This document shows, piece after piece, positions 19,901 through 29,042 of a stretch of 60,947 nt of DNA. The notes under the pieces are model-generated. The model was not told the DNA's origin. It made no database searches and was given only the letters and a program-made list of their open reading frames with translations. Made by a program: the position numbers and the translations under genes. Position 1 is the first letter of the stretch; the number at the start of each line of letters is the position of its first letter. Source of the stretch: a virus (lineage: Duplodnaviria; Caudoviricetes); IMG/VR virus record IMGVR_UViG_3300009703_000019, positions 1 to 60,947 of that record, one strand, 5' to 3'.

Positions 19901-20179
19901 TTAAAAAAATCCACCCGACAAGATGATTGTCCCTGTTTCTAATTCATTCTGAGCAACCCATTTCTCTGTAGATGTGGAATACATTAACATTGATCCATCA
20001 GATAATGCTGTTGTATCAATATCTGCCAAGTTGCTTAGATTGAGACTCGTCGCTGCAATAATTGTACCATGATCCCCTTTGGGACCTGGAACTGTTGCGG
20101 TTACAACTTTACTTTTTTCCGAAGCACTAACCAAAACAGAGGTATTTGCTGAATTTCCTACTGTAGCTGTTATTGTCAT
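19901..20179 (-). CDS. Virion structural protein (tail-associated)
   Basis: GPKGD, LSNLADID..LSDGSML.Y....KW motif, C-terminal GGFF. Confidence 0.6.
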   Translation of the reverse strand: MTITATVGNSANTSVLVSASEKSKVVTATVPGPKGDHGTIIAATSLNLSNLADIDTTALSDGSMLMYSTSTEKWVAQNELETGTIILSGGFF

Positions 20180-20511
20180 TATTGTGTTACCATTGGGTTA
20201 ATTGTTACAGAACCTTCAACTACCCGGGTTTTAACAGTGTTATAATCTGATATTAATACATCATAAACATAAGAACCGGGATTTAATGCAGAGGTTTGAG
20301 CATTTGTGAGGGATAAAGTTATTTTACCAGTTAACCTATCCGCATCAAATACTACAGTAAAGTCTGTGAATGAAGAAGAAGAATATGTTTTTCGTATTTG
20401 TGCAGATGCTGTATAATTAGTTAAATCTAATGCAGCTCCGGCAGAATCATTTATCGTTATATTTGTAGAAAAATCACTCCCCTGATCGACGTATAAATTG
20501 GATATTGACAT
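20179..20511 (-). CDS. Virion structural protein (baseplate/BppU-like)
   Basis: NLYVDQGSDF...DLTNYTASAQIRK...YVYDV...RVVEG.VT.P. Confidence 0.7.
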   Translation of the reverse strand: MSISNLYVDQGSDFSTNITINDSAGAALDLTNYTASAQIRKTYSSSSFTDFTVVFDADRLTGKITLSLTNAQTSALNPGSYVYDVLISDYNTVKTRVVEGSVTINPMVTQ

Positions 20512-20544
20512 AACTTCCCTACTTTAATTGATATTAATAATACA

Positions 20545-20552
20545 TATTTATA
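20545..20552 (-). promoter_or_regulatory. T4-type late promoter TATAAATA
   Basis: Exact motif upstream of the structural gene block. Confidence 0.75.
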
Positions 20553-20567
20553 ATAAACTGAATGATG

Positions 20568-20825
20568 TTAATTTAAATTTGTTTCTTCTTTATTCTCTAT
20601 AATCGATTTAAATTGATCTATAAACGTTTTCTTTGCAGCCTCGTGACGAGCTATTAATAATCTAGTTTGTAATATATCCTTGTCGATAGTATTCAATTGA
20701 TTAACTACTATTTTCCCTGTATCGGGAAGTTCCGAATATTTGTAATCAATCCCATCAAAAGTTATAATTTGATCATCAGTTTGTTTCTTTTTAGCCATTC
20801 TCATTTTCCTCATTTTTATATTCAT
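20568..20825 (-). CDS. Hypothetical protein
   Basis: 85 aa; start uncertain (several Met). Confidence 0.55.
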   Translation of the reverse strand: MNIKMRKMRMAKKKQTDDQIITFDGIDYKYSELPDTGKIVVNQLNTIDKDILQTRLLIARHEAAKKTFIDQFKSIIENKEETNLN

Positions 20826-20890
20826 CGTCCTTTAGTATTGGCACTAAAGGCTCGTAGTCAATTTCGTTCTCTGCCACCCATATGTTAGTA

Positions 20891-20898
20891 TATTTATA
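20891..20898 (-). promoter_or_regulatory. T4-type late promoter TATAAATA
   Basis: Exact motif in intergenic gap. Confidence 0.65.
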
Positions 20899-20954
20899 AC
20901 CATATTTCTTTTGAAATTCGTTAAATGTTAAACTTCTTGCGTCCGACTCAATAC

Positions 20955-21320
20955 TCATAGAATGTGGAACCTTTTGACATTATCAGACTTAAAAGAACGC
21001 CAACCCCCAGCATTAATATCGAATGCGCTGATTACCCCGACATAAGGCTTTCTCGAACCCTTTGGTTTGAATTCCTCAGGGATTTTGTCGTCGAGTAAGG
21101 TACAGGTCATTATTCTTTCTTCTCCGTTAACTTTGGTAAATGTAACCTCACAAATATTAGTCTTTAGTTTTTGCCGCATTGTATTTTCAAACGTTTTCAT
21201 AGTATATTCTCCATCTGGATTATAAAAATCTTGATAATGTTGATCCCATTCCTCTTTGGAATATTTATTAATAAAATCTTCTTCTTTCATATCCAACCAT
21301 TCTTGCCCATTACTTATCAT
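20955..21320 (-). CDS. WYL_2/SH3-like domain protein
   Basis: VTFTKVNGEERIMTCTL...FD....WRSF. Confidence 0.7.
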   Translation of the reverse strand: MISNGQEWLDMKEEDFINKYSKEEWDQHYQDFYNPDGEYTMKTFENTMRQKLKTNICEVTFTKVNGEERIMTCTLLDDKIPEEFKPKGSRKPYVGVISAFDINAGGWRSFKSDNVKRFHIL

Positions 21321-21504
21321 AATTAATCACCTCATATAACCACGCCATCACCCCAATCATGCCAAATACTGCTATTATTGAATAAAGTATTATATCCGTT
21401 ATCGTAAATAGTTTAATTGCCATAGTGAATACTACGATCACCAAAGCCGATAGGAGAACGAACAATACAATCATCGAACACCACCAATTAAGATTCTTTT
21501 TCAT
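21310..21504 (-). CDS. Small two-TM membrane protein
   Basis: Hydrophobic; similar to adjacent ORF (TITDIILYSII vs TISEMILYSML). Confidence 0.55.
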   Translation of the reverse strand: MKKNLNWWCSMIVLFVLLSALVIVVFTMAIKLFTITDIILYSIIAVFGMIGVMAWLYEVINYDK

Positions 21505-21673
21505 CTTCTACATCCTCATGTAATATCATTCCTGCCGCCATAGCAGAAAATCCTAACATTGAATATAGAATCATCTCGGAAATGGTGTAAACATCAACCG
21601 AAGTTGCTCCCATTACAACGAATACTCCAAGTAACACAAGCGTTACACATAACATATTATATATCTTATTCAT
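21488..21673 (-). CDS. Small two-TM membrane protein
   Basis: Hydrophobic; first gene after early promoter, GAGG RBS. Confidence 0.6.
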   Translation of the reverse strand: MNKIYNMLCVTLVLLGVFVVMGATSVDVYTISEMILYSMLGFSAMAAGMILHEDVEDEKES

Positions 21674-21703
21674 ATCTGACCTCTTTTCTTAATTTATATG
21701 ATT

Positions 21704-21733
21704 ATTATATAACATTTTCAGTCAAATGTAAAC
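21704..21733 (-). promoter_or_regulatory. Early-type promoter GTTTACA-N17-TATAAT
   Basis: Counted 17-nt spacer; shares the ATAAATT..GAGG leader. Confidence 0.8.
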
Positions 21734-21758
21734 AATTATTTTAAGTACTTTAAGTACT

Positions 21759-23684
21759 TTAAGTTTTTTCCTCTGAATAATGGAGTGGTCCACCCCGAAA
21801 TGGAGCAAATCCTGTACCAAAAATAATACCAGCATCTACAAGATCTGCAGACTCAACAATGCCTTCGCTCAAGCATTTTTCACACTCAGCGATAATTGTT
21901 CCAACTAATCTAGATGTTATTTCTGGTTTTGGATTTCCGTGAGTCTTCTCTACATAGACATCATGTATATAAAACCCAACCCCTGATTTAATACCAAGAT
22001 TTCCATTCTCAACCAACCTCTCAAGCCTCTCTGGTATTTTAAGTCCTAGTTCCCCACAAATTGTATCCATGACAAAATAACAGACATCAAGTCCTACCGT
22101 ATCAGCCAGTTTCAATGGTCCTATAGGCATACCAAAATCTGTGAATGAAGCATCAATTTCTTCTTTAAGATATCCCTCATCAAGCATATTAATAGCTTCA
22201 ATGAGTGTAGGCATCAACACCCTATTAACGAGGAAACCCGGAGAAGATTTAACCTTCAATGGAAGTTTATCAATATGTCTGCAAAATGCCAAGGATTTTT
22301 CTATAACATCTGTCGAAGTAATGGGAGAATATATAACTTCAATTAGCGGCATCTTCGCAACTGGATTGAAAAAATGAATACCAACCAACCTCTCTGGATT
22401 TTGCATCTCAGCAGATAATACTTCTAATTTAATAGATGATGTGTTGGTTGCAAGTATTGCCGTGCTTTTCATTTCCTTTTCGAGTTTAGAATATAGATCC
22501 CTCTTGATATCTACATTTTCAATAATTGCTTCAATAACTATATCTGCAGATGGTATGCCAAACCCCTTTGAGTCTGGTATTAATCTGTCATATACTTCAT
22601 TGATTAGATGTTCTTGACCCGAAAATCTTTTTTTATAGAACTTATATGACCTAGCCATCCCCTTTGCTATGGTAGTCTCATCAATATCTTGAAGAGTTAC
22701 CTTATAACCAGATAGTGCTGCCCACATTGCGATATCAGAACCCATTGTTCCAGCACCAATAACATGAACGTGCTTGAGGTCGAGTTTTGATTTATCCCCC
22801 TCCCCTTTAAGCATATCCTGAAGCATGAACACACGAAGAAGATTCTTTGCGGTGGGAGTTACAGCTAATTTCGAAACACTTTCTGCCTCTGCTTTCATGA
22901 ACCTAAATTCATCGTACCCATATTTCTCCCATATATCAACTAATGCGTATGGTGCTGGGTAATGCTTTTCTTTAACTTTAGAATGGAGATTTCTTCGAAT
23001 CTTAGTGGATACCAATTTCCTACCAATAGACGAATGAAGTAGTGAATCGAGTTTATCTGATCTTCTCGGTGGAGGAGATTTTTTAATTATATCCACCGCC
23101 GATTTATCGAATAAGCGAAGAGGAACAACGTAATCAACGAGACCCATCTTTTTAGCTTGATATGCAGATAAAGTACGACCCGTCAGCATTATACCCATTG
23201 CCTTAATGACCCCAAGTACTCTAATGGATCTAACAGAACCACCAAATCCGGGATGTATTCCAAGCTTAACTTCTGGGAATCCGATTCTCGATTTTGTCGA
23301 GTCAAGAATGATTCTATAATCACAAGACAATGCAAGTTCAAGACCACCACCAAGACATACTCCATTAATCAGTGCGAGTGTGGGAAAGTCCATAGTATCA
23401 ATTAACCACATAACCTCTTGACCCTTGGTTATGGCTTTATGTGCATCTTCATATTCGTGGAATTTCTTAAATTCTTTAACATCAGCACCAGCAATAAATC
23501 CAGAAGATTTGGCAGAGGTAATTACCATACCCGCAGGTGAAATATTCCTAACTTCTAATAACACTTCTCTTAATTCATCTAATACCTCAGACGATAATAC
23601 ATTCATTGATCCATCAGCATAATCGAAATATACCCATGCGATTTGATTATTATCTAGTACTAATTTAAAATGTTTATAATCCAT
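21759..23684 (-). CDS. fadJ: Fatty acid oxidation complex alpha subunit (enoyl-CoA hydratase + 3-hydroxyacyl-CoA dehydrogenase)
   Basis: FIAGAD, CLGGGLELAL, FPEVKLGIHPGFGG; GAGTMG, TNTSS, HFFNP, PGFLVNR, GP..L.D.VGLD, GFAPFRGGP. Confidence 0.93.
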   Translation of the reverse strand: MDYKHFKLVLDNNQIAWVYFDYADGSMNVLSSEVLDELREVLLEVRNISPAGMVITSAKSSGFIAGADVKEFKKFHEYEDAHKAITKGQEVMWLIDTMDFPTLALINGVCLGGGLELALSCDYRIILDSTKSRIGFPEVKLGIHPGFGGSVRSIRVLGVIKAMGIMLTGRTLSAYQAKKMGLVDYVVPLRLFDKSAVDIIKKSPPPRRSDKLDSLLHSSIGRKLVSTKIRRNLHSKVKEKHYPAPYALVDIWEKYGYDEFRFMKAEAESVSKLAVTPTAKNLLRVFMLQDMLKGEGDKSKLDLKHVHVIGAGTMGSDIAMWAALSGYKVTLQDIDETTIAKGMARSYKFYKKRFSGQEHLINEVYDRLIPDSKGFGIPSADIVIEAIIENVDIKRDLYSKLEKEMKSTAILATNTSSIKLEVLSAEMQNPERLVGIHFFNPVAKMPLIEVIYSPITSTDVIEKSLAFCRHIDKLPLKVKSSPGFLVNRVLMPTLIEAINMLDEGYLKEEIDASFTDFGMPIGPLKLADTVGLDVCYFVMDTICGELGLKIPERLERLVENGNLGIKSGVGFYIHDVYVEKTHGNPKPEITSRLVGTIIAECEKCLSEGIVESADLVDAGIIFGTGFAPFRGGPLHYSEEKT

Positions 23685-23687
23685 AAT

Positions 23688-24986
23688 TTATCTCTTTAAA
23701 TTTTCAATTAATATTGCACCACCTTGCCCATGTCCAATACATAGAGATGCAACCCCATATTGAGTGGAATTCGCCTCAAGTGTTTTGGCAAGGTGATATA
23801 CAATTCGTGTACCAGAAGCACCAACCGGATGACCTATAGAAATAGAACCCCCGTGCATGTTTAACTTGGTGGGATCAATCTCCCCGAATGCTTCTTCCAT
23901 TCCAAATTCCTCTGAGCAATAATCCTTCGATTCCATTGCCTTTAAGCACCCAATTACCTGTGCGGCAAATGCTTCATTTAATTCGAAAGAATCGATATCC
24001 CCGACACTAAGACCATTTCTCGTAACCATTGGAACTAACGATTTTACTGGACCAAGACCCATTTCAGAAGGATCTACTCCAGCCCAATTGATATCGACGA
24101 TTTTAGCAAGAACCTTATCCCGAAGTCCATACTTATCGAGTGCTGCATCACTTGCCAATAAAACAAATGAAGCACCATCAGTAATAGGTGCAGAATTACC
24201 TGCAGTCACATTACCAAATAATTTATCAAAAACTGGTCGGAGTTTCGCCAGTTTTTCAATGGAATTCTTGGATCGTACGCTTTCATCGGTATTATAAACC
24301 CCCCCAACCTTATCATATATATTGGTTATCTCGTTTTCAAGTATATCGATACTCTGCTCTGTGTTATATTTTTTATGAGAGTTCACAGCATATTCATCCA
24401 TATCAGTTCTTGTAATACCAAACCTCCATGCTAAATTCTCGGCCGTTTGACCCATACTTAAATTTATAGTTGGATCTTTTAATGCTCTGAGGAGAGAGAT
24501 TACTGGGACTAACAACTTCGGTCTAAATTGAAGCGCGACAAGTAATTTTTTAGGAAAGGATTTAGCCATGTTGAATTTAGATAACCACATTGCCATATCA
24601 TCATTAAATAATAATGGTGCGCGAGACATGGTTTCTGTTCCACCAGCAAGAACCAAATCAGATGTACCAGAGGCTATATTTTTATACGCAGAATCAATCG
24701 CTTGAAGACCTGATGCACAATTACGTTGAACCGTATGTGCTGGTATATTAACATTGAGTCCGAGTCTCAAGGCTAGGAGTTTAGCTATATTACACTCATC
24801 GGCATTGGGATTCATGCAACCAACAACCAATTCATCTATATCATTATCTCCAATTCCATTACGAATTAAGAGAGGACGAGCGGCCTGAATTGCAAGGTCA
24901 AGAGCTTTAAATTTACCCGGAGTTCCCTTTGCCTTTAAAAATGGCGTTCTTGAACCATCTACTATATACACATCATTATATTTCAT
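23688..24986 (-). CDS. fadI: 3-ketoacyl-CoA thiolase (acetyl-CoA C-acyltransferase)
   Basis: RTPF, NCASG, TAGNS.PITDGA, NEAFA, GHPVGASG, CIGHGQG; directly upstream of fadJ as in fadIJ. Confidence 0.93.
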   Translation of the reverse strand: MKYNDVYIVDGSRTPFLKAKGTPGKFKALDLAIQAARPLLIRNGIGDNDIDELVVGCMNPNADECNIAKLLALRLGLNVNIPAHTVQRNCASGLQAIDSAYKNIASGTSDLVLAGGTETMSRAPLLFNDDMAMWLSKFNMAKSFPKKLLVALQFRPKLLVPVISLLRALKDPTINLSMGQTAENLAWRFGITRTDMDEYAVNSHKKYNTEQSIDILENEITNIYDKVGGVYNTDESVRSKNSIEKLAKLRPVFDKLFGNVTAGNSAPITDGASFVLLASDAALDKYGLRDKVLAKIVDINWAGVDPSEMGLGPVKSLVPMVTRNGLSVGDIDSFELNEAFAAQVIGCLKAMESKDYCSEEFGMEEAFGEIDPTKLNMHGGSISIGHPVGASGTRIVYHLAKTLEANSTQYGVASLCIGHGQGGAILIENLKR

Positions 24987-24994
24987 AATCTCCC

Positions 24995-25210
24995 TTATTT
25001 AATTTCTTTAATTTTTTTCCATAATTTAGCAACAAGACTTGAATGTTTTTTTCTTCTATCGATATCAATATCAAAAAGCTGGGATCCCAGCTCTTCGAGT
25101 TCGAGTTTGGTCATCCCCTTAAGTTCTTCGTGCGTTATATTTTTCGTTTCGATGACCCCCGCTTTCGGTTGTCGTAGAGACATATACATAACTTTAATCC
25201 ATTCTAGCAT
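24995..25210 (-). CDS. Hypothetical protein
   Basis: 71 aa; MTK.ELEELG....I.IDRRKK motif. Confidence 0.55.
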   Translation of the reverse strand: MLEWIKVMYMSLRQPKAGVIETKNITHEELKGMTKLELEELGSQLFDIDIDRRKKHSSLVAKLWKKIKEIK

Positions 25211-25862
25211 TATATTCCTTGATGGTTTGTATTAATCTTCTGGTCCAATTGTCCCGATGTTCAACAAAAACTTGAGGTCTTGCATTATCTACGGCAATTA
25301 ATATTACAAGTTTTGTAATAGGTATACCAGTTCGTTCTTCCCACATAATAGCATATGCGGCACATTGCATAAAATATGCTGAAATCCATTCCTTCTTTTT
25401 TGGTTTCCTTGATGTTTTAAAATCAATTACACTTAATTCGGAATCATATTTACCTATACAATCAACTCTCCCAGCAAGACCGAGATGATCGGAATATAAT
25501 GCACATTCCTGAAGATAGATTTCATTAATATTTTCTAATTCAATCTTAATATCCTTAAACGATTGAATCACGTGAGGAAGATAACCAGAAGCATAATCGG
25601 GAGTATTATCGAGGTATTTTTCGATAATTTCATGGACTTCAGTTCCCCTTTTACTTGCTCTTTTAGAAATCTTGTCAGCTTCCCTGTGTCCAATTCTGTC
25701 TCTCCATTTTTTAATTCCTTCTTCTGAGAGGATAGATAAAACTGTCGTAACCGACGGATATGCCCTTCCAAGAGGCGTAATATATTTCCGACCAGATTCT
25801 CGGGTCTCACATTTAAGATCATCATATTCAAGGAACTTTCGAGGCGAATGAGCAAACATCAC
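25194..25862 (-). CDS. PD-(D/E)XK exonuclease (T4-like)
   Basis: YPSVTTVL, RGT.VH, AGRVD, IDFKTS, Q..AYA. Confidence 0.85.
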   Translation of the reverse strand: MMFAHSPRKFLEYDDLKCETRESGRKYITPLGRAYPSVTTVLSILSEEGIKKWRDRIGHREADKISKRASKRGTEVHEIIEKYLDNTPDYASGYLPHVIQSFKDIKIELENINEIYLQECALYSDHLGLAGRVDCIGKYDSELSVIDFKTSRKPKKKEWISAYFMQCAAYAIMWEERTGIPITKLVILIAVDNARPQVFVEHRDNWTRRLIQTIKEYNARMD

Positions 25863-26044
25863 TTATCACCAGTCCACCCAATTACATACTCATATTTTTT
25901 TAAATTCCATTTAAGGTTAGTATATGCGACCATCCCCTCATCTTGTGGCTTAGGCATTTTAACCCACCTCATATTAAAATTTTTATATCTAACTTTAATA
26001 TCTTTACCCATGATCCATGCTCTATCTAAAATTTCTTTAGTCAT
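25859..26044 (-). CDS. Hypothetical protein
   Basis: Likely start MTKEILD at 26044 after GAGG RBS. Confidence 0.5.
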   Translation of the reverse strand: MTKEILDRAWIMGKDIKVRYKNFNMRWVKMPKPQDEGMVAYTNLKWNLKKYEYVIGWTGDK

Positions 26045-26057
26045 AATATTACCTCTC

Positions 26058-26288
26058 TCAAAAAAACCATCTATAAACTGCAAAGGAATCGATAACAAAA
26101 TAAGCAACATTCATCCACATCAAGGGGTATTCACGTATTCTATATGCGTAAATAAACCACAGTATAGAAGATACCCCAAATAATATAAATGAATATGGAG
26201 AGATACTTATATTTACTGACAACAATATTGCAGCTATAATACCTAGTATCGTACCCCAATCATCGATTCCAAACTTTCGAAAATTCAT
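26058..26288 (-). CDS. Small three-TM membrane protein
   Basis: Likely start MNFRK at 26288, coupled to thyX stop; hydrophobic. Confidence 0.55.
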   Translation of the reverse strand: MNFRKFGIDDWGTILGIIAAILLSVNISISPYSFILFGVSSILWFIYAYRIREYPLMWMNVAYFVIDSFAVYRWFF

Positions 26289-27025
26289 TAGTCTCTCGTT
26301 AATGCTTCCCATGAAATTGGATATAAAGCACCCACAATTCTATTCCACTCATCAGCAAGATCACGTATCTCAAGTTGAGCTGTAGAACTTTTCCTAAGAT
26401 TATATGCTCTTGCCCAAGCATATAAAGATCCCGTTACATAATACTCAGTCATCATTGACTGTGGTAGAACCATACGTGCTTGTTCTGGACAGACCCCAGA
26501 CCCCAGCATTTCCGTATATAATCTAGTAGATTTAATGACATGGGTCATGTACGCTTCTTCAAGCGTAGGAGAAGTTAAACCATCGAGTATTGGTTCTTTA
26601 AAATTGGTTACAAAATCTGTGGGGGAAGAACCTTGCTTAACATTCTCGGGTCGTGATCTCCAATTCTCTGGTACATGAAAATCTGGTGGATCAGAAACAT
26701 ATCTTCTCGACACTTCATTATACGAAAATCCTACAACATGCTTGAATCTTTGTCGTGCAACGAAGATCGGTACTTTCTCACGAAGAGTTACCATTGCATG
26801 TGTGAATGGTGTAAAGTGATTATGCTTAGCTAAGAAGTTAATTAACTTTTTATCAGGATCGTTTAGATTAGGTATAAATGCATATAATGTACATTCGCCA
26901 TTTTCGTCTACATGATCCACACATTCGTCAACTCCGACCCCATCAGATGTTTTATTAAATGATACTCTAGCAGCATTAACCACCGAAATATCATCACCCA
27001 TATTATCTATAAATTCAACTTTCAT
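26288..27025 (-). CDS. thyX: Flavin-dependent thymidylate synthase
   Basis: VVNAARVSF, H.TPF.H, PIFVARQ..KH, SYNEVSRRY, EQARMVLPQ, AQLEIR; start at 27025. Confidence 0.93.
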   Translation of the reverse strand: MKVEFIDNMGDDISVVNAARVSFNKTSDGVGVDECVDHVDENGECTLYAFIPNLNDPDKKLINFLAKHNHFTPFTHAMVTLREKVPIFVARQRFKHVVGFSYNEVSRRYVSDPPDFHVPENWRSRPENVKQGSSPTDFVTNFKEPILDGLTSPTLEEAYMTHVIKSTRLYTEMLGSGVCPEQARMVLPQSMMTEYYVTGSLYAWARAYNLRKSSTAQLEIRDLADEWNRIVGALYPISWEALTRD

Positions 27026-27362
27026 TAGTATCCCGCCTCTCATTATATAACGCAATGTAATAATTATATTTTATTCTTGTCTCAAACATTTTAATACACT
27101 GATCTCTCCATTGAGTTAATGTTCCTTGCGGAAGTGTTAAATTTATCTTATCTGCTCCATTATATACTGATAGCGGCATATAGATTGGAGCTCTTTTATC
27201 AAAAAAACCAAATTTACCATTTCCATTTTGAAGGATTTTATTTTGTACTAACCCCGCTTCAATTATTTCAATTTTCCAATGATCAGATTGTGCAAAAATA
27301 CTCATGTGTTTACACCATAGAAAATAAAACAGAAAAGAAGACCCCAATAAAGAATAGCACAT
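27015..27362 (-). CDS. Hypothetical protein
   Basis: ORF on coding strand; true start possibly 27305. Confidence 0.45.
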   Translation of the reverse strand: MCYSLLGSSFLFYFLWCKHMSIFAQSDHWKIEIIEAGLVQNKILQNGNGKFGFFDKRAPIYMPLSVYNGADKINLTLPQGTLTQWRDQCIKMFETRIKYNYYIALYNERRDTNES

Positions 27363-27387
27363 ATAATTAGCTTTATTGGGATATGAT

Positions 27388-27735
27388 TCATTTTTCAGCA
27401 GGGTTATATTCCGGAATACCTTTCAATTGGTCCTCGGGATCAAAGTTTTCTGGACCACCATCCAAGAAAAATGAATCGTATGTATTAACTGGTTTCACTT
27501 TTTTTGGATATGGAATACATATCACTTCTGCATTTGCATCATATTCTCCAGGAGATGTTTGCATACAAAATTGAAGTATCTTTGTTTTGGTATTATATAC
27601 CCAACCATGCGAAGATCCCGGTTCTTTGGTAGCTACTTGATCTTCTTTGACCACATCATCTGCTGTAATAATACCACCATAAACTAATAGGCAGACTCCC
27701 ACAACGATCATCATTTCTAAACTATAGTCTTTCAT
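27388..27735 (-). CDS. Hypothetical secreted or membrane-anchored protein
   Basis: N-terminal hydrophobic segment; GAGG RBS. Confidence 0.6.
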   Translation of the reverse strand: MKDYSLEMMIVVGVCLLVYGGIITADDVVKEDQVATKEPGSSHGWVYNTKTKILQFCMQTSPGEYDANAEVICIPYPKKVKPVNTYDSFFLDGGPENFDPEDQLKGIPEYNPAEK

Positions 27736-27825
27736 TTCAATTCCTCATTTTATCTTTCAAATTTTTATACGCAATATATCCATAAAACAAATAGAATACA
27801 TCGTCATCCATCCAAACTTCTTTTT

Positions 27826-28188
27826 TCATAATGTAAAACTCTCCCCACACCCACACGAATTCTTATCTGGTATTGTCACTTTAAATGCAGGATTAAAAGG
27901 TCCACCGGTATAATCTATCTTACTCTCATTACCCATAATATCGAGGGTAATTTTATCTATCACAAACATATTAGGACAATTATGACAGTCTTCTTCTTGC
28001 TCCATTGCCGCGGCGCAATATGAACCATCCTCACACGACCTCCACATTACAGTGTCTTTCTCTACATCTAACTTATCTATAATATCCCATTTACCCATTA
28101 ATCCAGAACATCCTCCTCCATTCAAGGAATATCTAATAATACCCCCGATCTCAGAGAATTGTTTCTTTGCTGAATCACTTATATTCAT
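27826..28188 (-). CDS. A-type Fe-S carrier (IscA/HesB-like) with Cys-rich insertion
   Basis: GGGCSG and C-terminal SCGCGESF. Confidence 0.8.
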   Translation of the reverse strand: MNISDSAKKQFSEIGGIIRYSLNGGGCSGLMGKWDIIDKLDVEKDTVMWRSCEDGSYCAAAMEQEEDCHNCPNMFVIDKITLDIMGNESKIDYTGGPFNPAFKVTIPDKNSCGCGESFTL

Positions 28189-28324
28189 TGATAACTTCCG
28201 TTATCTTTGATATTTCAGGATCAGTAAATACCTTATTACCCACAGTCTCTGGTAATATTAATAATAAAATTACTACAGTTAAAAACGTTACTAATATTGC
28301 TAATCTTAATACATATTTCATTGC

Positions 28325-28552
28325 TTATACCTCGGGTTTCTTTGGCCATATTAGATTTTCGGCACATTGTCCTGTTGCTAATTCTTCTTGATAAATTTCT
28401 TCGGGAAAGTCCCGAATTTTTTGCCTATACTTATCCCACGCTTCAAGTTCAGACACCGATAGATTGGCATTTGGTTCCTGAGTCCATTCTGACTCTATTA
28501 ATAAAGCAGTGACTTTGCCTTTAATGTCTTCGCTTATATAAAAATCACTCAT
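28325..28552 (-). CDS. Tail fibre assembly chaperone-like protein
   Basis: LL.ES.WTQ.P...W..YRQ.IRD.P...WP.KP. Confidence 0.7.
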   Translation of the reverse strand: MSDFYISEDIKGKVTALLIESEWTQEPNANLSVSELEAWDKYRQKIRDFPEEIYQEELATGQCAENLIWPKKPEV

Positions 28553-28580
28553 CTCGTAATACCTCTATTATAGTATATTT

Positions 28581-29000
28581 TTAAGTATTTGTAAAATATT
28601 TTGTTAAATGAGATTTTCTAACTTTAACCATAATCCATCTATTGTAGTATTTATCTGATTCAAGAACTTTTCTATCAAATTGATATTTTGCTTCGAAATA
28701 AGAACATTCAGATTTAGTCTTGCAGAGCTTGAGAATAACCCTCTCAAAATTATCTGTACCTACCTCAACAATATCCTCCAACAATAATTCAGAACTACCA
28801 TAATAATCTTTCCAATTTGATTCAACTATTTTTTTCTTTCTCTTAAGATTCTTTTGATAAGTTTTTCTAGACCAAAACGATTTCTTACCAATATATTTTT
28901 TACCATTATTTAGATTAGTTATTTCATAGACAAATCCGTGTATCTTTTTAGGATCTGATTCAGTGAGATTATATTCTTTTCCTCTGTATATCCATGTCAT
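28581..29000 (-). CDS. GIY-YIG-family nuclease (T4-like)
   Basis: GFVYEITN...KKYIGKK, YYGSS, YYN. Confidence 0.8.
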   Translation of the reverse strand: MTWIYRGKEYNLTESDPKKIHGFVYEITNLNNGKKYIGKKSFWSRKTYQKNLKRKKKIVESNWKDYYGSSELLLEDIVEVGTDNFERVILKLCKTKSECSYFEAKYQFDRKVLESDKYYNRWIMVKVRKSHLTKYFTNT

Positions 29001-29042
29001 ATATATTATTCATAGTCTTAAATAAATAAATATATATAACAA

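Noticed and set aside
25194-25862. Cas4-like nuclease suggesting a CRISPR system
   Set aside because: This is an ordinary T4-like PD-(D/E)XK exonuclease; no repeat-spacer array or other cas genes were seen.
28581-29000. Mobile homing endonuclease
   Set aside because: Short GIY-YIG domain without an evident DNA-binding tail; looks like a conserved standalone phage nuclease.
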